NCBI GenBank assembly: GCA_963840455.1
Contig: CAWIYV010000014.1
Span: 192,001 to 256,000, forward strand
Direction of reading: 5' to 3'
From: Nitrospirota bacterium
GTDB lineage: Bacteria > Nitrospirota > UBA9217
DNA length: 64,000 nt
The notes beneath the pieces were generated by a model. The model was given only the letters and a program-made list of their open reading frames with translations. It made no database searches and had not been told where the DNA came from. Below are positions 27,747 to 37,052 of the stretch, in pieces (within the stretch, counting starts at the first letter, position 1; each line of letters begins with the position of its first letter). A program made the position numbers and the translations under genes.

Positions 27747-29873
27747 TCAGCCGACGATCTGTCCGATGAAATCGTCCCGCGACATCTCAAAGAGGGACTG
27801 GGGAGGAGCGAAGCGGTCCCCGTATTGCGCCGCGTAGGCGTCGAGCCGCTCGACGATATACTTTGCCCCGAGGCTTTCCGCGTACCTGAGCAGGCCGCCG
27901 CGGAACGGCGGGAACCCGATGCCGAAGACCAGCGCTGCGTCCAGCAGGTCCGGCCGGTCGATGATCCCGGCCTCGAGGCAGAGGACAGCCTCCTTGATCA
28001 TCAGGAACACCGCTCGTTCGACGATCTCCTGTTCCGGGATCCATCCCTCGTTCTTCGCCCGCTTCGGCAGAAAGCTGTATACGAGGGGGCTGGCTCCGCC
28101 TCGTTTTCCGTGCAGGTAGAGATAAAATCCCCTCCCGTTCTTCTTGCCGTAGAAATTGTTCTGATAGAGCTTCTCAAGGAGGGGGGATGCCGTTATGCGT
28201 TCGCCCAGTCCCTCGCGAAGGATTCCGGAGACCTTGTGCGCGATGTCGATGCCGATCTCGTCCAGCAGGATGAAGGCGCCCATGGGCATGCCGAAGTTCA
28301 GGAGCGCATGGTCGATCTCCTCGATCCTGCTCCCTTCTTCCAGCATGCGGAGCGCCTCGCCCAGATAGGGCATGAGGATGCGGTTCACCAGGAACCCCGG
28401 GCCGTCGTTCACGACCACCGGGAGCTTGCCAAGCCTCCGGGACAAGGCAGCGACGGCGGCGACGGTCTCGGGCGATGTTCGTTTTCCCCGGACCACCTCC
28501 ACGAGCGGCATTTTCTCCACAGGATTGAAAAAGTGCATGCCCACCACCTGGCCGGGGCGCGCAGAGACCGTTGCCAGCTCGGTGATGGAGAGCGACGAGG
28601 TGTTCGACGCGAAGAGCGCCCTTTCGTTTGCCGCCTGTTCAAACTCGCGCAGCACGTTCTTCTTGACCTCCATGTTCTCCACGACTGCCTCGACAGCAAG
28701 GTCCACGCCGGTGAAGCCGCTCATGTCCGTTGTCCCCGTGATCCGGTCCATGCCGTCCCGCGCCTGGAGCATATCAAAGATCCCTTTTCTTGACCGCTTT
28801 CTGAAGATCTCGTCCGCAGTTCTGAACCCCGCCGCCACCGCCTTCGGCGTGATGTCCTTCATTCGTATGACAAGGCCCTTCTCGGCGAAGAGCTGGGCGA
28901 TGCCGCCGCCCATGACCCCGGCCCCGATGACTCCGGTCCGGGTTATTGCGAGCGCCGAGGGCTGCTCGCCCTTCTTCAGCGCCTCGTTCAGGAAAAAGAC
29001 GTTGATCAGGTTCTTCGAGACCCCGGAGGTGATGAGGCCTCCGATCACCCTTGCCTCGTTCTCGTAACCGGCCGAACGCCCGTGCGCGAGACCGTGCCGC
29101 ACCGCGTCGAGGGCCGCGGGCGGGGCGGGATAGTTGCCTCGTGTCTCCGCAGCTACGCTGCGCCTCGCCGTCCGGTAGATGAGGGCCCGTGTCAGGGGAG
29201 AACTTTCCAGGATCTTGATGAACAGCGGTCGTTTCGCCCGGATGCCCGAAGGCCTCGGTCTGCCGATCGCCTGCTTTGCGACGCTCACGGCAACGTCCAG
29301 GAGCATCTCGGGGTACGTCACCTCGTCGGCGAGTCCGATCTTCTTCGCTTTTTTCGCATGGACGCTTTTCCCCGTCAGGATCATTTCCAGCGCGTTCGTG
29401 AGCCCCACCAGCCGCGGCAGGCGCTGCGTACCGCCGAAGCCGGGGATGATGCCGATCTTGACCTCCGGCAGGCCGAGGGCGGTCTTCGCGTCATTGCTCA
29501 CCACACGGTGTGAGCAGGCAAGGGCCAGTTCCAGTCCACCGCCCATGCAGGCGCCGTGGATGGCGGCCACGGTCGGGAAGGGAAGCGCCTCGAGCTTGTT
29601 CATGACCGATTGGCCCCTGCGGCTCAGTTCCTCCCCCCGCGTTGCGTCGGTGATGGCGCGGATCTCGGCGATGTCGGCGCCGGCGATGAAAATAGCCGGC
29701 TTACCGCTCCTTACGACGAGCGCCTTGACCTGTTGGTCCGCCGCGAGCTCGTCCAGGAGCCGGTCCAGTTCGTCCATCGCCGGCGTGGTGAGCTTGTTCA
29801 CCTTCTCGCCAGGGAGGTCGAAGGTCAGGACGGCGATGCCAGCTTTGTCTATTTCGTAGCTGAATGCTGACAT
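27747..29873 (-). CDS. fadJ: Fatty-acid oxidation complex alpha subunit (enoyl-CoA hydratase/3-hydroxyacyl-CoA dehydrogenase)
   Basis: 'FIAGADI', 'GGGLELAL', 'GAGVMGGGIA', 'SNTSSL', 'HFFNP'. Confidence 0.92.
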   Translation of the reverse strand: MSAFSYEIDKAGIAVLTFDLPGEKVNKLTTPAMDELDRLLDELAADQQVKALVVRSGKPAIFIAGADIAEIRAITDATRGEELSRRGQSVMNKLEALPFPTVAAIHGACMGGGLELALACSHRVVSNDAKTALGLPEVKIGIIPGFGGTQRLPRLVGLTNALEMILTGKSVHAKKAKKIGLADEVTYPEMLLDVAVSVAKQAIGRPRPSGIRAKRPLFIKILESSPLTRALIYRTARRSVAAETRGNYPAPPAALDAVRHGLAHGRSAGYENEARVIGGLITSGVSKNLINVFFLNEALKKGEQPSALAITRTGVIGAGVMGGGIAQLFAEKGLVIRMKDITPKAVAAGFRTADEIFRKRSRKGIFDMLQARDGMDRITGTTDMSGFTGVDLAVEAVVENMEVKKNVLREFEQAANERALFASNTSSLSITELATVSARPGQVVGMHFFNPVEKMPLVEVVRGKRTSPETVAAVAALSRRLGKLPVVVNDGPGFLVNRILMPYLGEALRMLEEGSRIEEIDHALLNFGMPMGAFILLDEIGIDIAHKVSGILREGLGERITASPLLEKLYQNNFYGKKNGRGFYLYLHGKRGGASPLVYSFLPKRAKNEGWIPEQEIVERAVFLMIKEAVLCLEAGIIDRPDLLDAALVFGIGFPPFRGGLLRYAESLGAKYIVERLDAYAAQYGDRFAPPQSLFEMSRDDFIGQIVG

Positions 29874-30076
29874 AAAAATACCTCTCTCAGAATAAACAAC
29901 GCATGAATAGGAATAACTCTTACCGCAGAGTGCGCAGAGGTCGCTGAGGAGAACAGATTGAGAAATACTTCCCTTCAACCGATCGGACTTTGCGGCGAGC
30001 CGATTTCGTTGCTTCTCATATTAATAAAGAACTCACTCGGCGTTCTCCGCGATCTCAGTGGTGAAAATTAATCGCT

Positions 30077-31360
30077 TTACAATCTTTCCACGATCATCGC
30101 GCCGCCCTGGCCGCCGCCGATGCACATGGTGGCGAGTCCGGTGGCAAGCCCCCGCCGCTCCATCTCCTTGAGCAGCGTGATCACGATGCGGAGACCCGAC
30201 GAGCCGACAGGGTGTCCCAGAGCAATAGCGCCGCCATTCACGTTCATGATGTCCCGCCGAAACTCACCGATGGGCTCCTCTCCGGACAGATGCTTCCGGA
30301 AGAACTCCTTCGATACCGCAGCTTTCTCGCAGGCGATCACCTGGGCGGCGAAGGCCTCATTCAGTTCGATGAGCTCGATGTCATGGATCTTCATGCCCGC
30401 AAGCTTCAGCGCTTTGTGCGTGGAAAAAACCGGTCCGAGGCCCATCCTTGAAGGGTCGTTTCCCGCAAAGGCGAAGGCCTTGATCCGCCCCAGGGGCTTG
30501 TACCCCAGCTCCTTTGCCCGGTCGGCGCCCATGATGAGCGCTGCCGCGCCGCCGTCGGTGATGGGGGACGAGTTCCCCGGCGTGACCGTCCCGTACTTCC
30601 TGTCGAAATAGGGCTTGAGACGCGCCAGGTCCTCCAGGGTCTGATGTTTGCGCGGGCCGACGTCCTCTTCCACGGCCTCGAACTTCGGCGGCGCGTAGAA
30701 TGCTGCGATCTCGTTCCTGAACTTCCCCGCCTCGTTCGCCGCCGTCCACTTCTGATGGCTCCAGAGCGCGAACTCGTCCTGTTCCCGCCGCGTGATCCCG
30801 AAGTCTCGCGCCAGGTTCTCTGCGGTCTGGCCCATGTTCAGCCCCGAGACAGGGTCCGTGAGGCCCAGCGTGAGGCCCACGACCGGCACGAGGTCCTTGG
30901 GGCGGATGGACAGGGCTGCCGAGGCCTTGCCCCAGAGCGTCTTCGAACGCCCGATCCGGGTGAAGATCTCCTTCAGTCGCTTCGTGGTGTAGAACCCGAA
31001 ATTGGACATGGATTCGACGCCCGCGACGACAATGATGTCCGAGAGGCCTGCAGTGATCTGGGCGTAGGCGCTGGCGGCTGCCTGCATGCCCGATGCGCAG
31101 TTCCGCTGCACGCTGTAGGCGGGTACGCGCCGGGGGATGCCGGCGCGGAGAGCGATGACCCGGCCGATGTTCGCGGCCTCAGCCGGCATGCCGGCGTTTC
31201 CTACGATGACCTCGTCCACGCGCTCCGGGTCGATGCCGGTCCGGGCCACGATCTCCTTGATCACAAAGGCGCCCAGCGCGTCAGCGGGAACATCCTTGAG
31301 AGCCGTTCCAACCTTTGCGTAGGGTGTACGTATGCCGTCTATGATGACGATGTCTTTCAT
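30077..31360 (-). CDS. fadI: Acetyl-CoA C-acyltransferase (thiolase)
   Basis: 'NCASG', 'NEAFA', 'GHPVG', 'CIGGGQG'. Confidence 0.92.
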   Translation of the reverse strand: MKDIVIIDGIRTPYAKVGTALKDVPADALGAFVIKEIVARTGIDPERVDEVIVGNAGMPAEAANIGRVIALRAGIPRRVPAYSVQRNCASGMQAAASAYAQITAGLSDIIVVAGVESMSNFGFYTTKRLKEIFTRIGRSKTLWGKASAALSIRPKDLVPVVGLTLGLTDPVSGLNMGQTAENLARDFGITRREQDEFALWSHQKWTAANEAGKFRNEIAAFYAPPKFEAVEEDVGPRKHQTLEDLARLKPYFDRKYGTVTPGNSSPITDGGAAALIMGADRAKELGYKPLGRIKAFAFAGNDPSRMGLGPVFSTHKALKLAGMKIHDIELIELNEAFAAQVIACEKAAVSKEFFRKHLSGEEPIGEFRRDIMNVNGGAIALGHPVGSSGLRIVITLLKEMERRGLATGLATMCIGGGQGGAMIVERL

Positions 31361-31512
31361 AACATTACCTCTTAACCACGAATGAACACGGATAAGACAC
31401 GACGCAACGGCATTTTACCGCAGAGGACGCAGAGCTCGCAGAGAAATGACTTAGGAAGTTTTCATTCAAGGCTGTTTCTCTGCGGTCTCAGCGATCTCAG
31501 CGGTGGACAGTT

Positions 31513-33222
31513 CTATATCTGCTCCTTGATCCCGAGCTTGTTCCGCTCCTCGTCGCGCAGGACCCGCCGGAGCACCTTGCCCACCAGGGTCTTGGGGAGC
31601 TGGTCGCGGAACTCGATCTCCTTCGGGACCTTGAACTTGGACAGCTCGGCCTTGCAGAACTCGATGATCTCCTCGGCTGTTGCGGTCTGTCCCTCCTTCA
31701 GGACGATGAAGGCCTTGATCTTCTCTCCCATGTACTCCTCGTGCGGAAGGCCGACGACCACGGCGTCCTTCACCTTGGGGTGCGAGAAGAGCACCTCTTC
31801 GATCTCCCGGGGGTACACGTTTTCGCCCACGGTCTTGATCATGTCCTTGATGCGGTCCACGATCATGAAATACCCTTCCTCGTCGCGCTTCGCGATGTCT
31901 CCCGTGTGGAGCCAGCCGCCCCGGAGCGCCTGGGCGGTCTCCTCCGGCTTGTTCCAGTAGCCTTTCATGACCTGCGGGCCCCGGACCACGAGCTCGCCGG
32001 TCTCGCCGACCGGAAGTTCCCGTGTCCCGGTCTCAAGGTCCACGATCCTGGCCTCGGTGTCGGGCCAGGGAAGGCCGATGGTGCCGCTCTTGCGCCTGCC
32101 GAAGATGGGATTGGCATGGGTCACGGGCGATGCCTCGGACAGGCCGTAACCCTCTACGATGCGGGACTTGGTCAGGTGTTCGAAGCGGTCCTGCACCTCC
32201 TTCATCAGAGGACCCGCTCCGCTGATCGCGGCCTTGATGGAGGTCAGGTCGTACTGGTGGGTCTTCACGTAGTTCCCGATGGCCAGGTACATGGCCTGGA
32301 TGCCGGGGAAGATGGTGGGCCGGTGCTTCTGGATCGCATTGAGCACTTCTTTCGTATGGAACTTCGGCAGCAGGATGAGCTCGGCGCCGATCAGGATACC
32401 GAGGTTCATGGCGGTGGTCATCCCGTATACATGGAAGAAGGGAATGACCGCCAGGATGCGCTCCTCGCCCTCGTTCCGGACCGTGAGCCAGGTCCGGCAC
32501 TGGAAGGCGTTGACCACGAGGTTCCGGTGCGTGAGGACGGCCCCTTTGGGGACGCCCGTGGTCCCACCGGTGTACTGCAGGATGGCGGTATCTCCGGGAG
32601 AGACATCGACGTCAGGCCTTGTCTCCGGCGCGCGGTCCATGATCTCCAGAAAATCAGAGATGGGCGGTACGCGTTTCACGGATACCCACTGATTCTCCAG
32701 CCGCGCCTTGATCGGATAGAGCAGGTTCAAGGGGAAGGGAAGATAATCCTTGATGCCGCACAGGATGAGGTGCCGGAGGCCCGTCTTCGCAAGTACCGGG
32801 GAGATCACCGGATAGAACATGTCCACGGCGACCAGGACCGATGCCCCGCTGTCCCTCAGCTGTACCTCCAGCTCGTGGGAGTGGTACAGCGGGTTCGTGG
32901 CCACGCCGACGGCGCCGGCGCGGAGCGTCCCATAGTAGGCGATGACCATCTGCGGGATGTTGGGGAGCATGAGCGCCACGCGATCGCCTTTGTTCACGCC
33001 CAGGCCCGCGAGGGCGTGCGCGAACCGGTTCGCAAGCAGGTCGAGCGACCCATAAGTTATCTTCTTCCCGTAGAACACCACTGCGGGATGGCCGGGGAAC
33101 TTCCGGGCGGTTTCCGCAAGGACCCCTCCCAGTGTCAGGTCTGGGTAGGTCAAATGCTCCGGCACCCCTTCCTCATAGAACTGCGACCAGGGATGCACAG
33201 GCGCATTTACGGTGGACTTCAT
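31513..33222 (-). CDS. fadD: Long-chain fatty acid-CoA ligase
   Basis: 'YTGGTTGVPKG', 'GYGLSE', 'WLHTGD'. Confidence 0.93.
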   Translation of the reverse strand: MKSTVNAPVHPWSQFYEEGVPEHLTYPDLTLGGVLAETARKFPGHPAVVFYGKKITYGSLDLLANRFAHALAGLGVNKGDRVALMLPNIPQMVIAYYGTLRAGAVGVATNPLYHSHELEVQLRDSGASVLVAVDMFYPVISPVLAKTGLRHLILCGIKDYLPFPLNLLYPIKARLENQWVSVKRVPPISDFLEIMDRAPETRPDVDVSPGDTAILQYTGGTTGVPKGAVLTHRNLVVNAFQCRTWLTVRNEGEERILAVIPFFHVYGMTTAMNLGILIGAELILLPKFHTKEVLNAIQKHRPTIFPGIQAMYLAIGNYVKTHQYDLTSIKAAISGAGPLMKEVQDRFEHLTKSRIVEGYGLSEASPVTHANPIFGRRKSGTIGLPWPDTEARIVDLETGTRELPVGETGELVVRGPQVMKGYWNKPEETAQALRGGWLHTGDIAKRDEEGYFMIVDRIKDMIKTVGENVYPREIEEVLFSHPKVKDAVVVGLPHEEYMGEKIKAFIVLKEGQTATAEEIIEFCKAELSKFKVPKEIEFRDQLPKTLVGKVLRRVLRDEERNKLGIKEQI

Positions 33223-33355
33223 GGCGGGCCTCCTTGATGCTGCCTGCAGTATGCAGTATATTGACGGCTCCGAGACGGCCGTCCCTTCCATCGAGGATAT
33301 AAATGGTCCTTAATTCCCTGTTTTTATTATATCACAGTAAGGAGAAAACGGAGGG

Positions 33356-34609
<1,254 letters not shown>

Positions 34610-35079
34610 GGTGCTCCGTTCCTGATGAAGACATTTCGTCAACACAAATCTCTTGGTTACTATACCATAAGTGTGTTGTTCGGGAAAGTGAAATCATCAA
34701 CACGCCGGAGGGACCGCAGTGCCTGCTGTTGACAGAAGTACGTGCATGCGTTGCGCGATGATGAGATCGATCACGCTGCATCGCGGATTTTTTTTACTGT
34801 GCGTGCGCGATGCGCCGTACGATGAACCATGACGAAGCTGTCGAACAAGGGACTGTTTGGCGGGAATTTCGTATACTTCGGTCCGGTCCGTGCTGCATGG
34901 CATGCGTGACGTGCCTGTCAGCTGAGAAATTTCGACTGAAGAATGCAAAACATGCGATACTATTAATAGTGGTGAAAATGGCATTCATACCAAAACATAT
35001 TGCACCAAAATATTTTGCGCTGATTTGTGTGTTGATAAATAGTCTAACCCCATGATAGTTAATTTTTTAATTTTTTTTG

Positions 35080-35109
35080 TTGACAAATCGTACACTCTTG
35101 TTGTATATT
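35080..35109 (+). promoter_or_regulatory. Sigma70 promoter with upstream T-tract (UP-like)
   Basis: TTGACA-18 bp-TATATT. Confidence 0.65.
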
Positions 35110-35130
35110 CGTCCACAGAGGTGAGGGAAA

Positions 35131-35697
35131 TTGCTAACAAAACTCTTCTCTTCGACAAGAGCAGAGCTTTTAAGTTTGTTCTTTAACAATCCGGATGAAA
35201 AGTTCTACCTCAGGGAGATAGCCCGCCACATCAGCAAGGACGCGGCGGGGATCAAGCGAGAGTTGGACACCCTGGTGAAGATAGGGCTTCTGGGAGTGGA
35301 AAAGCGGGGCGTGCAGAAATACTACTTTGCAGACAAGAACTCGCCGATCTTCTCCGAAATGAAGGGCCTCATCTTCAAGACCACCGGTATCCAGGGTTCC
35401 ATCAAGGCAGCGCTCTCGAGGCTGAAAGGGGTCCAGGCGGCGTTCATCTACGGTTCCTACGCCAAGGGCTCGGAAAAAGAGGACAGCAACATCAACCTCA
35501 TGGTGGTCGGCCAGGTGAACATCACCGAACTGAACGACGTGGTGATGGGTCTTGAAGAGAAGATGAAGCGCGAGATCGACTACCTGGCATTCGACGAGCA
35601 AGAGTACCGGAAACGGAAGGATGCAAAAGACCCCTTTATCCGGGAGATCGTGAAAGGCAAGAAGATATTCCTGCTGGGTAAGGAAGATGACATATGA
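35131..35697 (+). CDS. wHTH + minimal nucleotidyltransferase (MNT) protein with degenerate active site
   Basis: 'LFSSTRAELL..FYLREIAR' wHTH; 'YGSYAKG..SNINLMVVG' where DxD is expected. Confidence 0.85.
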   Translation: MLTKLFSSTRAELLSLFFNNPDEKFYLREIARHISKDAAGIKRELDTLVKIGLLGVEKRGVQKYYFADKNSPIFSEMKGLIFKTTGIQGSIKAALSRLKGVQAAFIYGSYAKGSEKEDSNINLMVVGQVNITELNDVVMGLEEKMKREIDYLAFDEQEYRKRKDAKDPFIREIVKGKKIFLLGKEDDI

Positions 35698-36169
35698 AGC
35701 GCTGCAAGAGATGGGACTGGAAGAGCGTGCAGCCGAGACCCAGGAGGTCTTGGGGCTCATGATGCGGGCCGAGCGCGATCTTGCCACGGCGCGGCTTCTC
35801 CAGGACAAGGACGAAGAATGGTCCTTTGCCGCAGCATACCAGGCAATGGCGCGGTCCGGACGGGCGCTCATCCTGTCCGAGGGCTACCGCCCCAAGGGTT
35901 CGCGGAGCAGGGACACGCACAAGACGGTGGTCACCGCGTCGGGGGTCATCCTCGGCGAGAAGCATAAGAGCCTCATCAACAAGTTCGACCGGATGAGGAG
36001 GAAATACCAGAACTTCGCGGTCGAGACCGGCAGCATGGTCTCCCGGTACGAGGCGGGGCAGGCGATCAGGGACGCAGAGGAGTTCTTTAGCCTGGTGGCC
36101 TCCCGGCTCAGGGATAAATACTCGCAGATGTCGCTGCTCAACGATGTACCGCAGCTTGTATCCAGATAA
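35687..36169 (+). CDS. HEPN domain protein with degenerate RNase motif
   Basis: 'RAERDLATA..AYQAM..GRAL..H..FDRMRRKYQNFAVE'; overlaps the MNT stop. Confidence 0.8.
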   Translation: MTYEALQEMGLEERAAETQEVLGLMMRAERDLATARLLQDKDEEWSFAAAYQAMARSGRALILSEGYRPKGSRSRDTHKTVVTASGVILGEKHKSLINKFDRMRRKYQNFAVETGSMVSRYEAGQAIRDAEEFFSLVASRLRDKYSQMSLLNDVPQLVSR

Positions 36170-36213
36170 AGCCGCTTAATTGATCGCGGTATCCGAAAGG
36201 GGGTGGACACTCA

Positions 36214-36273
36214 ATGCCGGCGAAGAAGAAAGCTGCCAAGAAGAAGGCAAAGAAGAAAGCGAAGAAGAAGTAG
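36214..36273 (+). CDS. 19-aa Lys/Ala-rich micropeptide MPAKKKAAKKKAKKKAKKK
   Basis: RBS GAAAGGGGGTG; ATG..TAG; paralog at 36421. Confidence 0.65.
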   Translation: MPAKKKAAKKKAKKKAKKK

Positions 36274-36420
36274 CTTTTCTCCTCTACCCCACCATTAATG
36301 GGGAGCGCCGGGGGACCAGGTCCCCCGGCGACATTAACCAGGCGATCCGTGCCCGGTTTTCGGGAACGGTTACCGATAGCTGACAATCCAGCCACTAACA
36401 GAAAGGAAGGTGATCCTCAC

Positions 36421-36480
36421 ATGCCAGCCAAGAAGAAAGCTCCGGCCAAGAAGGCCAAGAAGACCACGAAGAAGAAATAA
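36421..36480 (+). CDS. 19-aa Lys-rich micropeptide MPAKKKAPAKKAKKTTKKK
   Basis: RBS GAAAGGAAGGTGA; same length and N-terminus as the 36214 ORF. Confidence 0.65.
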   Translation: MPAKKKAPAKKAKKTTKKK

Positions 36481-36525
36481 CCGTGCTGCACCAGGCGGTG
36501 TTACCCGATCCAGAATGAACAAATG

Positions 36526-36557
36526 CCACGAAGCTCGCCTTCGTGGTTTTTGTTTTT
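36526..36557 (+). terminator. Intrinsic terminator
   Basis: CCACGAAG-ctcgc-CTTCGTGG followed by TTTTTGTTTTT. Confidence 0.75.
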
Positions 36558-36618
36558 CCGAGGAGGGCATACACGGCACCCTCTTGCATCACTGTGCGAT
36601 CGCTGTCATAATCAGTCC

Positions 36619-36951
36619 ATGGCCAAGCGGAACTATCTCAAGATCCACTCCTCTGCCAGGGCGGTCTGGACAAAAAGACTGCTCATCGCCGGGGCTTTGC
36701 TTGTCAGCATCATCGCCCTCTGGAAATTCGTTGTGGGCGAGATGGGGGTGGTGAAGTATTACCGCATGAGCGCGCACGCCCGCGAACTCCGGGACGGGAT
36801 CGAGCATCTAAAAAAGGACAACGCGCGGCTTTCAAAAGAGGTCACTGCTCTCAAGACGGATGCTGCTTTTCTCGAACGCATGGCCCGCGACAAGATCGGC
36901 CTCGCCCGGCCCGGCGAAGTGGTCTATTACTACGGCGACCCCCGGCAATGA
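36619..36951 (+). CDS. ftsB: Septum formation initiator FtsB/DivIC family
   Basis: TM helix, coiled coil, 'LERMARDKIGLARPGEVVY'. Confidence 0.85.
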   Translation: MAKRNYLKIHSSARAVWTKRLLIAGALLVSIIALWKFVVGEMGVVKYYRMSAHARELRDGIEHLKKDNARLSKEVTALKTDAAFLERMARDKIGLARPGEVVYYYGDPRQ

Positions 36952-37052
36952 CCGCACGGACCGCAGCACCCTCCGCATCGGCGGAAATTTCGTTTGACAT
37001 TATCCTGCCGCTCTTTTAAGATGGTTCGGCATGCCCGTCGTGCCGCTGCGAC

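Noticed and set aside
27747-33222. fadD-fadI-fadJ as part of the PKS cluster
   Set aside because: Ordinary beta-oxidation operon 10 kb away on the opposite strand; no evidence of linkage
36298-36480. 60-aa ORF from the track ending in the Lys-rich peptide
   Set aside because: The strong RBS sits directly before ATG 36421, and the upstream part runs through RNA hairpins
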